Counted from the first letter of the stretch, positions 1 through 9,342 are shown. The stretch is 64,000 nt of DNA from an uncultured delta proteobacterium (GCA_963829695.1 CAWHJQ010000023.1:353814-417813); one strand, 5' to 3'. Program-made: numbers and translations. Notes: a model not told the origin generated them from the letters alone.

Positions 1-1265
1 CTGACAAGGCTTTTGGCAGTGCCGGTGATAAAATAATCATTGAATCCTGTCTTACCGGAGAAGAAGCCTCATTCATTGCCTTTACTGATGGCAAAACTGT
101 TCTCCCTCTCCCAACATCCCAGGATCACAAAGCGATATTTGAGAAGGACGAAGGTCCCAATACAGGAGGAATGGGGGCATATTCTCCAGCTCCAGTGGTT
201 ACCGACGAAATTGCTGATTTCGTGATGAACAGAGTTATGCTGCCAACGATAAAAGGATTGGAGGCCGAGGGAAGACCCTATAAAGGGATGCTCTATGCTG
301 GATTGATGATCGATGGGGATATCATAAACGTCTTGGAATTTAATTGTCGTTTTGGTGATCCTGAAGCTCAACCGCTGTTGATGCGATTAAAAAGTGATAT
401 CATTGATATCTTTGATGCTGCAATAGACGGAAAACTGGATCGCGTCGAGATGAAAATTGATCCGCGGCCTACAGTCTGCGTTGTTATGGCCTCCGGTGGA
501 TATCCCGGGTCCTATGAAAATGGTAAGACTATCAAAGGATTAACAAAGGCTTCTGAATGCCCGGGAGTTGAAGTATTTCACGCCGGTACAGTAAGAAAGA
601 AGGGGCGGATTGTTACTAACGGTGGTCGAGTTCTGGGTGTGACTGCAGTAGGAAATACGTTAAAGGACGCGATATCAAGGGCTTATAAAGCTGTGGATGA
701 GATTAAATGGACCAACTGTTATTGTCGAAGAGATATAGGCGAGAAGGCCTTGCGGCGCAATTCTATAACAACACAGCAGCCATTGGTCGGAATCGTCATG
801 GGGAGTGATTCCGATTTATCCGTTATGAAAGATGCCGCCGATTTTCTCAGATCAATGGATGTCTGCTGTGAAATGACCGTTGCCTCCGCCCACCGTACCC
901 CGGATAAGGCGGTTGAGTATGCCAAAACAGCGCAACAGAGAGGATTGAAGGTGGTTATTGCCGGTGCCGGCATGGCTGCACATTTGGCCGGCGTACTAGC
1001 TTCGCATACAGACCTTCCTGTTATTGGCGTACCACTGGATTCGTCTTCTCTTGGTGGTTTGGACGCGTTGCTGTCGACTGTGCAAATGCCGCCTGGTATT
1101 CCGGTAGCTACCATGGGAATAGGCAAGGCTGGAGCGAAAAATGCGGCGGTATTGGCACTGAAAATTCTTGCCCTGGTCAATCCGGAATTTGGCAAAAAAC
1201 TTGTCAAATTTCGGCATGATATGATACTGGAAATTCAAGAAAAAGATAGAAGAATCAATGAGTAA
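1..1265 (+). CDS. purD: Phosphoribosylamine-glycine ligase (5'-truncated by window edge) fused to N5-CAIR mutase PurE
   Basis: Frame is open from base 3 (DKAFGSAG..GEEASF..GPNTGGMGAYSP, LEFNCRFGDPE, TNGGRVL) and continues without a stop into PurE motifs (GIVMGSDSD, SAHRTP, AGAGMAAHLAG, QMPPGIPVAT). Confidence 0.95.
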   Translation, partial: DKAFGSAGDKIIIESCLTGEEASFIAFTDGKTVLPLPTSQDHKAIFEKDEGPNTGGMGAYSPAPVVTDEIADFVMNRVMLPTIKGLEAEGRPYKGMLYAGLMIDGDIINVLEFNCRFGDPEAQPLLMRLKSDIIDIFDAAIDGKLDRVEMKIDPRPTVCVVMASGGYPGSYENGKTIKGLTKASECPGVEVFHAGTVRKKGRIVTNGGRVLGVTAVGNTLKDAISRAYKAVDEIKWTNCYCRRDIGEKALRRNSITTQQPLVGIVMGSDSDLSVMKDAADFLRSMDVCCEMTVASAHRTPDKAVEYAKTAQQRGLKVVIAGAGMAAHLAGVLASHTDLPVIGVPLDSSSLGGLDALLSTVQMPPGIPVATMGIGKAGAKNAAVLALKILALVNPEFGKKLVKFRHDMILEIQEKDRRINE

Positions 1266-1887
1266 GAATAGCTCTCCAGCTATTGTAGGTACTTCCTTGG
1301 ATTTGGCTGTAACTCTTTTACGACAGGGGGGGATCGTCGCCTTTCCCACCGAAACCTACTACGGGTTGGCAGTCGATCCTGATTGCGCTGCTGCTGTAAA
1401 TAAATTGTATAGAGTGAAGAAACGGCAGAAGGACAAACCATTGCTTGTTCTCATTGAGAAAATGGAGCAACTTGAGACAATTGTTCAGGAGGTTCCGCCA
1501 GTGTATTTGCCTTTGATGAAGAAATATTGGCCAGGACCATTGACGCTCGTTTTTCAAGCCCGAAAGACTATGAGCCAACTCATTACCGGGAACACAGGAA
1601 CCGTTGGCGTTCGGATTTCACCTCATCCAATAGCCCAGGAACTGGTGAGACTGATGGGAAAGCCTGTTACCGCGACCAGCGCCAATATCTCTGGTCTTTC
1701 TCCTGCACGATCATCGCAAGAGGTGGTTGAAATGTTAGGAGATACTGTTGATTACATCGTTGATGGTGGCGAAACTAAAGCAGGGTTGTGTTCAACGATT
1801 CTCGGTATTCGACAGGGCAAGCTCTTCATTCTTCGCCATGGGCAGATAGATTTATCCAGAGAACTTGTTGGAGAAGCAACTAATTGA
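1258..1887 (+). CDS. tsaC: L-threonylcarbamoyladenylate synthase (TsaC/YrdC/Sua5 family)
   Basis: FPTETYYGL, KKRQKDKP, WPGPLT, TSANISG motifs; overlaps the purDE stop. Confidence 0.93.
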   Translation: MSKNSSPAIVGTSLDLAVTLLRQGGIVAFPTETYYGLAVDPDCAAAVNKLYRVKKRQKDKPLLVLIEKMEQLETIVQEVPPVYLPLMKKYWPGPLTLVFQARKTMSQLITGNTGTVGVRISPHPIAQELVRLMGKPVTATSANISGLSPARSSQEVVEMLGDTVDYIVDGGETKAGLCSTILGIRQGKLFILRHGQIDLSRELVGEATN

Positions 1888-1989
1888 TCTCCCACTCTTG
1901 ATTAATTCAAGTTGAGCATTGTATGATAACACCAGCAGTGCAGAACTGTTGATGGCAACGATAACTTGGTTAACCTTCCGGTTCCTTGT

Positions 1990-2070
1990 TTAGTACCTTA
2001 GAAATTCTTTTCTTGTTTTTTAAGAAAGAATTTCGTGAAGGTACTTATCCCGCGCTCTTCAGCGGGGTTA
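1990..2070. repeat. Repeat family B copy 1: TTA-[GTACCTT..AAGGTAC hairpin]-TTA-[GC hairpin]-TTA
   Basis: Hairpin 1993-2044 is flanked by TTA on both sides; a second hairpin 2048-2067 is closed by TTA. Same layout at 43171-43263. Confidence 0.65.
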
Positions 2071-2093
2071 TGTAAATTAGATAGGATTTTAAT

Positions 2094-2417
2094 ATGAATG
2101 GACTGAAATGGGATAAAGCATTTGCTTTAGAACAGGCAGCCGATGACATGGAATTATTGCAGGAATTATTGGAAATTTTCAAGACTTCCTTGCAGTCGGA
2201 TTTGCAACTTATTGAACAGGGGCTAGCTGAAGGCTCTCCAGCTAAGATCAGTGGTGCGGCACATTCAATTAAAGGTGCCGCTGCTAGTCTTGGAATACTT
2301 GGGATTCATGAAATTGCAACGCAAATTGAGGTAGATAGCCAGGCCGGGGGACTAGACATTGCACGAGAAAAATTTGAGCTTATGCGTTCGTTACTGGCTG
2401 AACTTCAGACTCTCTGA
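2094..2417 (+). CDS. Stand-alone Hpt (histidine phosphotransfer) domain protein
   Basis: AAHSIKGAAASLG motif, 107 aa, helical. Confidence 0.9.
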   Translation: MNGLKWDKAFALEQAADDMELLQELLEIFKTSLQSDLQLIEQGLAEGSPAKISGAAHSIKGAAASLGILGIHEIATQIEVDSQAGGLDIAREKFELMRSLLAELQTL

Positions 2418-2450
2418 TAAAACTCGATTTTTAGGGTATTATCATACTCT

Positions 2451-2605
2451 GACAAACTCGTTAAAACTTCGATGTCCGATGGATAAGTAAAAAGCTTCAT
2501 ATTGGAGGCGTGCAATTTTTCTATCATTTCGGCGTACATAAGGTACGTCGTAATGATAGAAAAATTGCAACAACGAACAAGATGAAGAGTTTTTACGACG
2601 CCATC
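2451..2605 (+). mobile_element. MITE family A copy 1 (~155 bp)
   Basis: Ends GACAAACTCGT..ACGACGCCATC, long internal hairpin, flanking direct repeat ATACTCT; near-identical to 26978-27132, 42716-42871 and the reverse copy at 25098-25269. Confidence 0.9.
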
Positions 2606-4289
2606 ATACTCTGGTCAAATTCCTATATTTTATGCGGTGTGGTTGATCTGCTGCTGCACCGAGTCGACTTTTCCGATCCTTTTCATAATCTGAATAGTTT
2701 CCTTCAAACCAAACGACCTGCGAATTTCCTTCAAAAGCCAGGATGTGCGTTGCAATCCTGTCCAGAAACCATCTGTCGTGGCTTATTACCACTGCACAAC
2801 CACCATAATTTTCAAGAGCTTCTTCCAGTGCTCGTAGCGTGTTAATATCCAAATCATTGGTTGGTTCATCAAGGAGCAAGACATTGCCGCCTTCTTTGAG
2901 AGTCTTGGCCAGGTGCACACGATTTCGTTGGCCACCCGAGAGCAAACCGACCTTTTTTTGCTGATCCGATCCGGAAAAATTAAATTTTCCAACATATGCA
3001 CGACTATTCACTTCTTTAGTGCCCAGCCAGACGGTGTCCTGTCCTTCAGAGATGGCCTGCCAAATTGTCTGCTCTGGATCGAGGTGATCGCGGCTTTGGT
3101 CAACATAGGCCAATTTTACAGTCTCTCCAAGACGTATCGATCCGGAATCCGGGGCTTCCTGGCCGATAATCATTTTAAAAAGTGTGCTCTTTCCCGCACC
3201 ATTTGGACCAATGATGCCGACGATTCCGCCAGGAGGCAGACTGAAGTCCATATTTTCCACGAGGAGGCGATCACCAAAAGATTTTGTGAGGTTTTTCGCT
3301 TCAATGACAACTTTGCCAAGACGCGGACCTGGCGGTATAAAAATTTCCAGCTGTTGAGCAAATTTTTCTGTTTCTTTGGAAAGTAACTGCTCATAGGAAG
3401 TTATTCGTGCTTTTGACTTGCTTCGCCTTCCTTTCGGACTCATCTTGATCCATTCCAGTTCGCGGCGCAGGGTTCGTTGGCGGTCACTTTCCTTTTTCTC
3501 TTCCATGGCCAATCGCTTCTCTTTCTGTTCCAACCAAGAGGAATAATTACCCTTCCATGGAATACCCATGCCTCGGTCAAGTTCCAGGATCCAGCCGGCA
3601 ACATTATCGAGGAAATATCTATCATGGGTAACAGCGATAACCGTTCCGGGGTAAGCTTGTAAATGCTGCTCAAGCCAACTGACGGATTCTGCATCCAGAT
3701 GGTTGGTAGGTTCGTCCAACAGGAGAATGTCTGGTTGCTTGAGAAGAATTCTGCACAATGCCACTCTTCGTTTTTCACCTCCCGAAAGAATACCGCATTG
3801 AGTATCGGATGGAGGGCAGCGAAGAGCATCCATGGCCATTTCCAGGCGGCTATCCAAGTCCCAGGCAGAGAGGGTGTCCAGCTTTTCCTGGACGTTTCCT
3901 TGTCTGTCGATGAGGGCCTGCATCTCATCATCAGACATGGGTTCAGCAAATTTCTCATTAATTTCATTGAATTCATTGAGAAGATCAACCGTTTCCTGAA
4001 CACCTTCTTCGACTATCTGTTTAACGGTTTTGTCCGGATCAAGTTCAGGCTCTTGCGCAAGGTAGTCAACTCGGTGCCCTGGAGCCAGATGAGTTTCTCC
4101 GTTAAAATCTTTATCGATTCCTGCAAGAATTTTTAAGAGAGTACTTTTGCCGGAACCGTTCAATCCCAAAACTCCGATTTTCGCGCCATAGAAATAGGAG
4201 AGAGAAATGTCTTTTAAGATCGGTTTACTATCGTAATATTTGCTTACTTTTATCATCGAATAGATGATTTTTTTATCGTCTGTACTCAT
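2604..4289 (-). CDS. ettA: Energy-dependent translational throttle protein (ABC-F ATPase)
   Basis: Two ABC domains ([23 protein letters not shown]; [17 protein letters not shown]), [13 protein letters not shown]-terminus, PHRIKYR C-terminus. Confidence 0.95.
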   Translation of the reverse strand: MSTDDKKIIYSMIKVSKYYDSKPILKDISLSYFYGAKIGVLGLNGSGKSTLLKILAGIDKDFNGETHLAPGHRVDYLAQEPELDPDKTVKQIVEEGVQETVDLLNEFNEINEKFAEPMSDDEMQALIDRQGNVQEKLDTLSAWDLDSRLEMAMDALRCPPSDTQCGILSGGEKRRVALCRILLKQPDILLLDEPTNHLDAESVSWLEQHLQAYPGTVIAVTHDRYFLDNVAGWILELDRGMGIPWKGNYSSWLEQKEKRLAMEEKKESDRQRTLRRELEWIKMSPKGRRSKSKARITSYEQLLSKETEKFAQQLEIFIPPGPRLGKVVIEAKNLTKSFGDRLLVENMDFSLPPGGIVGIIGPNGAGKSTLFKMIIGQEAPDSGSIRLGETVKLAYVDQSRDHLDPEQTIWQAISEGQDTVWLGTKEVNSRAYVGKFNFSGSDQQKKVGLLSGGQRNRVHLAKTLKEGGNVLLLDEPTNDLDINTLRALEEALENYGGCAVVISHDRWFLDRIATHILAFEGNSQVVWFEGNYSDYEKDRKSRLGAAADQPHRIKYRNLTRV

Positions 4290-4319
4290 AGAAAAATCCT
4301 TATATCAAGGTTTGCCGTA

Positions 4320-4416
4320 TTAGTGCTTTACAGATTATTATCGTTGATAAAAAACAAGAGGAATAATCTGCGAAAGGTACTTATCCATCGAAAATCGAAG
4401 TTTTTACGAGTTTATC
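4320..4416. repeat. Repeat family B copy 2 (4323-4380) joined through TTA to a MITE-A terminal fragment (4378-4416)
   Basis: GTGCTTTACAGATT..AATCTGCGAAAGGTAC followed by TTATCCATCGAAAATCGAAGTTTTTACGAGTTTATC, which matches the MITE-A end at 25231-25269. Confidence 0.75.
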
Positions 4417-4434
4417 ATTGTTGATAGATAGTAC

Positions 4435-4475
4435 AAAAAAAAACGCGATAATCAAACAGAAGATTATCGCGTTTT
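4435..4475 (-). terminator. Intrinsic terminator of the molybdoenzyme operon
   Basis: AAAACGCGATAATC-loop-GATTATCGCGTTTT stem, with a long T run on the minus strand, downstream of 4523. Confidence 0.75.
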
Positions 4476-4522
4476 GCAGCATCTGTTCCCAAGTAGGGAG
4501 AGATTAATTAAATGGTAATGAC

Positions 4523-5335
4523 TTATTTTTTTTCATCTTGATCGGTAAGCTCTTTTGCCACAAGGGTTCCAATCACGCCAAGAAGTCCGATATTTCTGAT
4601 CCCCTTCATGGCTGGTTTTACCAAAGAAGCAAGCATAGCTCTTCTTCTTACCTGACCCAAGTCGGCGAGTTCCGGAGTATGAGTGGCAAAGAGCAACTCC
4701 ATATCCTTCTTCTTGCCAAAATATCTACTGTTTGGACCAAGGTTACCGCCCTTAGGTTCGATTCCTTTGGCACCATTTTTGACGTATTTGGCGACCTCGG
4801 ACTTTGGATCATCAAGATCACCGAATATTCTGGCACCGGTAATACAAGTCTGCACACAAGCAGGAACGGAACCGGCTTCCACTCTGGGTTTGCAGTAAGT
4901 ACATTTATCCGCTTTGCCGTCTTCTGAGACGTCATCAACTAGAGCCGGGTTGACATATCTGGCGTTATAGGGGCAGGCATCAACACAAGCTCCGCAGCCA
5001 ATACAACGAGACTTATCTATCTGTACTGTACCGTCAAAAGGATCTTTCCAGGTGGCAGCAACCTCCATCGTTTTGGTTTCACCTGTTTTGAAATTGGTGA
5101 ATTTCATGTCTACCGGATCAGCAGGACATACAGGAACACATTCTGGCTTGGTGCAGTGATTGCAAAGGCCAGGGTAATAAGTTGACGCCATTTCATCGCC
5201 GACCATACTGGGTCCCATGCGAAATACCCAGTCGCGATAAAATTCTACAGGGACCTCCCATTCTGCTTTGCAGGCGATAGCGCAAGCATGGCAGCCCACA
5301 CATCGTTCAAGGTCGATAATCATTCCGTATTGCAT
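4523..5335 (-). CDS. 4Fe-4S dicluster electron-transfer subunit (PsrB/NrfC/DmsB-like) with C-terminal hydrophobic tail
   Basis: CVGCHACAIAC, CNHC..PECVPVCP, CIGCGACVDACPY, KCTYC..PACVQTC. Confidence 0.9.
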   Translation of the reverse strand: MQYGMIIDLERCVGCHACAIACKAEWEVPVEFYRDWVFRMGPSMVGDEMASTYYPGLCNHCTKPECVPVCPADPVDMKFTNFKTGETKTMEVAATWKDPFDGTVQIDKSRCIGCGACVDACPYNARYVNPALVDDVSEDGKADKCTYCKPRVEAGSVPACVQTCITGARIFGDLDDPKSEVAKYVKNGAKGIEPKGGNLGPNSRYFGKKKDMELLFATHTPELADLGQVRRRAMLASLVKPAMKGIRNIGLLGVIGTLVAKELTDQDEKK

Positions 5336-5370
5336 TGTTTCCTCCTGAAATAATACCTTTAAAGCCGAAT

Positions 5371-7614
5371 TTAGACTGTGGCCGGAATGTCAATGACCTT
5401 GCCATCCTTGGTCAATTTGACAAAGTTAGTGCGCATTCCATGGGTGCCGGTCTCAGGGTCAACTGTAATTTTAGTTATAAGACTCGTATCATCGACACCA
5501 GCATTAACAGCCACGCTCATCAGCGGGTTGATGGTGCCATAGCCATGGGCCATAAAAACCGAATCGCTTCGGATGCCCGGTGTGGTTTTAACCGTAGTGG
5601 TAGTACGTGATTTTATCCCGTCTTGATTGATGAATCCGACTATATCGCCATCCTTTAGGCCCATTTTAGCGGCAGCCTTGTCATTGAGCCATACTGGATT
5701 GGTGGGCATTTCATGGTGCAACCAAATATTGTTTTGGGATCGGTTGAAGGTGTGGACGGGAACACGCCCATAGAGAAGCCGCGCATACCCGGCCGGTGCC
5801 TGCTCAACCGGTATATAGGTGGGCACGCCAGGAAAGCCGGCATCAGCGATGTTTTCATTGTAAAACAAAACCTCAAAATCCTCCGGCATTACATAAGGAT
5901 CTTTACCCTCACTGAGATGGATACCACCTTCTTTTTTTAATTGCGCAAGAGAGAGTTTAGCAACACCGAGGTCTTTATCTACTAACTCTTCAACTGTTTG
6001 GACGGGAATATCTTTTTCATAGCCCATCCGTTTGGCGATTTCATTGGTTATATAGACATGGTCTTTTCGTTCAAACATCGGGGCCACCAGCGGCATTCTT
6101 GCTGTGATGTATTGTTGCTGTTTGTCAGCGAAATCCCACTGCGTGCCAGTCTTGATAAGATCATGCCGTTCAAGGTAGCTCGATTCCGGCAGGAGGATGT
6201 CAGCCCACATGGTTGCATCTGTTGGCATGACGTCGACACACATGACAAAGTCCATCTGTTTCAGAACATTTTCCATCTTTTCCTGACCAGGAATGGTCTT
6301 GATAGGATTCTGTCCCCAGATTATGCATCCCTTTATTGGAAAAGGTTTGCCCGTCAAAGCGGTATCTCTGATCAGTTCTGTCGGCGTTCCTGGAGGGGAG
6401 TATGGAAAAAGCTTTTCTTCGTCTGCATTGAGGTTGAGATTAGGCACATCTTCATGTTCCTCTTTGGCCCAGCTGGTTTTTCCGACCTTTGGTCCTTTTC
6501 CAGGGACCCAACCACCTTTAACAAAAAAAGCGCCGAGCAGACCGGTTAGACAGGCAAGGGAACGCTGACGCTGGAAATCGTTGCCGTACCAGGAGACATG
6601 ACGGCCTGGATGAATGGAAACGTTCGGTGCGTTGGCTGCCAACATTTCGGCTACTTCTTTAATTTGACTGGCAGGAATGTCGCATTCTTTGGCAGCCTTT
6701 TCAAGGCTCCATTCTTTAATACTCTCTTTGAATTTGTCGAAGCCTTCTCCATGTTCCTCGACAAACTTTGCATCATATTTATTCTCGGTGACGAGATAGT
6801 TCATGATGGCGAGCAGAAATGCAGTGTCAGTACCCGGTTTGATCTTGACCCAAACGTCGGATTTGGCAGCAGAGGCGGAGTAGCGAGGGTCAACAACGAT
6901 CAGCTTAGCGCCGTTCTGCAGACCCTTTATATATTTTTTAATATGGCTAACGTGAACATTCTCTCCGAAATGGCCACCAAGCAGGAAGATGACTTTGGCA
7001 TTTGGCATATCGACATCTTCATTTGGTGCCATGCCGATGGTCGCAACATACGCCATATCACGACTCCCCCGGCATTGGAAAAAAGAGGCTTCGCTAATAT
7101 TGTGGGTACCAACTATGTCCTCCATGAAATCCATGGGATATTTGGCCGTTGAGCCATGGGGAAACATGCAAAGACCCTGCGGGCCATATTTTTCCTGTAT
7201 TGCTTTCAGTTTTGTCCCACATTCGTCGAGGGCTTCTTTCCAGCTTATTCTTTTCCATTTTGGGTTACCACGTTCGCCAACGTTTTTGAGAGGGTACTTG
7301 AGTCTATCGGGGTCGTAGAGGAGCTGAATACCAGCGTTTCCTCGTGCGCATATAGAGGTACCATTGTCTATCGACTTTGGGTTACCTTCAAGTTTTACCA
7401 GTCGATCTCCCCGTTTTTTGCCGATGAGCTGACATCGCCAAAAACACATTTCACAAACACCCCCGGCCACAGCCTCATCTTTTAATGAACCTTTGGCTTC
7501 AAGGGGGGAACGTGTTATCCCACTCTCTGATGCAATTGCTCCAGAAAGGGGTAATGCGACAGCTGCCAATGAGGCAGACTGTAAAAATTTACGCCTCGTT
7601 ATATTGAACGCCAT
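5371..7614 (-). CDS. Tat-exported molybdopterin oxidoreductase catalytic subunit, polysulfide/thiosulfate reductase (PsrA/PhsA)-like
   Basis: Tat motif TRRKFL, CEMCFWRC..C cluster, DRLKYPL, PGTD, ADILLP..YLER, VWLN..A..MG, probable Cys Mo ligand in SFFQC. Start taken as MAFN, which has a GAGG RBS. Confidence 0.85.
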   Translation of the reverse strand: MAFNITRRKFLQSASLAAVALPLSGAIASESGITRSPLEAKGSLKDEAVAGGVCEMCFWRCQLIGKKRGDRLVKLEGNPKSIDNGTSICARGNAGIQLLYDPDRLKYPLKNVGERGNPKWKRISWKEALDECGTKLKAIQEKYGPQGLCMFPHGSTAKYPMDFMEDIVGTHNISEASFFQCRGSRDMAYVATIGMAPNEDVDMPNAKVIFLLGGHFGENVHVSHIKKYIKGLQNGAKLIVVDPRYSASAAKSDVWVKIKPGTDTAFLLAIMNYLVTENKYDAKFVEEHGEGFDKFKESIKEWSLEKAAKECDIPASQIKEVAEMLAANAPNVSIHPGRHVSWYGNDFQRQRSLACLTGLLGAFFVKGGWVPGKGPKVGKTSWAKEEHEDVPNLNLNADEEKLFPYSPPGTPTELIRDTALTGKPFPIKGCIIWGQNPIKTIPGQEKMENVLKQMDFVMCVDVMPTDATMWADILLPESSYLERHDLIKTGTQWDFADKQQQYITARMPLVAPMFERKDHVYITNEIAKRMGYEKDIPVQTVEELVDKDLGVAKLSLAQLKKEGGIHLSEGKDPYVMPEDFEVLFYNENIADAGFPGVPTYIPVEQAPAGYARLLYGRVPVHTFNRSQNNIWLHHEMPTNPVWLNDKAAAKMGLKDGDIVGFINQDGIKSRTTTTVKTTPGIRSDSVFMAHGYGTINPLMSVAVNAGVDDTSLITKITVDPETGTHGMRTNFVKLTKDGKVIDIPATV

Positions 7615-8179
7615 TCTCCTTTTCCTCCTGTGTGAAAAAATCAATAAAGCTTATGATGATTCGGTAAAAAGGATGCTGAGCCTCCTCTTTAACTCTTGAT
7701 GCAAAAATTGGATACCATGGCAGAAAAAAGTGAGCCAAAAAGTCTTCCTCTGCTTCTCTATTTTGATCTTCTGCCAGAAAAGAGAGGAATTCAAGCTGAT
7801 GTATTAAGCTGTCGGGTAAGTCAGCGTTTTCAGTAAGGTTGTAGCCTAAAGAACGGTAGTACGTTAAGATCTTGTCGGAATATTTCCCCCGGAGGGTTTT
7901 TTCTAAATATACTGAGCCATATGGAGGTGCCGCAACATGGGGTGTACCATTGATAAAGAGCCTGGTGTATTCAACCTGGAGATCCTCAAGTATATCCTTA
8001 CTTCGACTAAGTTCGGCTTGCAGAGTTTCTTTTTCTGTTTTGCCGCCTAAGGCGTCGAGTAATCCGTAGAGACTTGTCAGGTAATTATCGGAAAACCAAT
8101 CGGGATCGGGATACTGCATGCTTTGGGCACAGAAACGATAAAGTGTGGCAATATGATCGGTCGGTGAAGTTTTCTGCAT
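7589..8179 (-). CDS. TorD/DmsD-family molybdoenzyme chaperone
   Basis: EYTRLF, PPYGSVY, LPDSL..LEFL motifs; overlaps the catalytic subunit start. Start codon uncertain. Confidence 0.88.
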   Translation of the reverse strand: MQKTSPTDHIATLYRFCAQSMQYPDPDWFSDNYLTSLYGLLDALGGKTEKETLQAELSRSKDILEDLQVEYTRLFINGTPHVAAPPYGSVYLEKTLRGKYSDKILTYYRSLGYNLTENADLPDSLIHQLEFLSFLAEDQNREAEEDFLAHFFLPWYPIFASRVKEEAQHPFYRIIISFIDFFTQEEKENGVQYNEA

Positions 8180-8250
8180 TGGAAAGTATATTGATGAAAT
8201 GAAAAGCATTGCAGAGAAGGTGTTAAAATCTCTGGACGAAAATATCACTG

Positions 8251-8325
8251 ACAGATTATTTTCGTTCATAAAAAACAAGAATAATAATCTGCGAAAGGCA
8301 CGTACTCCCCCTTGTGGGGGTGTTA
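8251..8325. repeat. Repeat family B copy 3 (degenerate) plus GC hairpin
   Basis: ACAGATTATTTTC..AATAATCTGCGAAAGGCAC, then CTCCCCCTTGTGGGGGTG-TTA. Confidence 0.65.
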
Positions 8326-8579
8326 GTTAGCTATTGTACCACAATGTGAACTGCTTGCTATATTACTTATCAGTTATGATTTTGTAAATACCACAATGTA
8401 GCATTTTGGTGTCTGTTATCTTCCTGTTGCTTTTTGGAAAGAGCTGAATAATCATAATAAATATAAATAAATAGTCATTTATCTATTTAGAAAAAGTGTA
8501 AGAATTAAATTAAAAACTAAATAACTATTTTGCAGCAAAAAAATCGGCCGAGGAAATTTCTCGTGCTTTTGATAGAGCA

Positions 8580-9212
8580 TTACGGGAAAGTATAGTGTTT
8601 TAAGAGATCGATGTAGTATGCGTTGATTTTGCCGATCAGGTCTTCAGTTTCCTGGTAAGGAGCATGGAGGCCATAATTCAGGGAATCAGTATTTTCTCCC
8701 GCGTTCCAGGCAGAAACTACCAGATCAAGTTTCCCGTCGAATTTGTAATTGTATTTTGCCACAAGATAGCAGGTGAGAAGTATGTTGATGGCCGGATCGA
8801 AGAGATCGTTTTGACTCAGATTTTCAAGTTGCTCTTTGGAAACATAACGAAAAACAGTATTTGATTGAGAAAGAATTTTTGCTGCCTCTTTTCCGGTGGT
8901 AAGTATAATTTGGCTAAGGCCAAGTGCATTTTTGCTGGAAACTGCCATGTGGTTTGCCCCCGACTCGGCGAGGATAAGGGCACGGATAAAATTAGGACTG
9001 ACCTTATGTCTGGGGATGAAATACGAAAATCCTGAAAAGTAGCGAATAAGATGATCGTAACGGGTTAGTTTTATGACTTCATCCCGGCTGACTTTGTTGT
9101 TTTTATATTTTTTAATGGAATTCTGCAGGGTACCATAGGAATCCGTAACAGTCGTAAGGATGAAAATAATCCCTAGCAGGATATATGGAGCCATGTATCG
9201 TGTTTGTTGCAT
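8580..9212 (-). CDS. Lytic transglycosylase, SLT domain, secreted
   Basis: ILAESG, ALGLSQI, LFDPAINI, AWNAG motifs; N-terminal hydrophobic segment. Confidence 0.85.
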   Translation of the reverse strand: MQQTRYMAPYILLGIIFILTTVTDSYGTLQNSIKKYKNNKVSRDEVIKLTRYDHLIRYFSGFSYFIPRHKVSPNFIRALILAESGANHMAVSSKNALGLSQIILTTGKEAAKILSQSNTVFRYVSKEQLENLSQNDLFDPAINILLTCYLVAKYNYKFDGKLDLVVSAWNAGENTDSLNYGLHAPYQETEDLIGKINAYYIDLLKHYTFP

Positions 9213-9342
9213 CTATTTAGTCACCTAGAAATGATTTTCTTGCTTTTTCACAATCAAATTATTTCGTGAATGAACATACACCCCTCAGGGGGGTACTAAA
9301 AAGAGCACCCCTCAAGGGGGTATTATGAGCAATCCCCGTGGC

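Noticed and set aside
2510-2845. ORFs 2510-2845, 25147-25437 and 42562-42846, the first two with similar peptide starts
   Set aside because: They are translations running through MITE-A copies, not a protein family.
4323-4380. Family B hairpins as integron attC sites
   Set aside because: No RYYYAAC/GTTRRRY boxes, no cassette organisation and no integron integrase.
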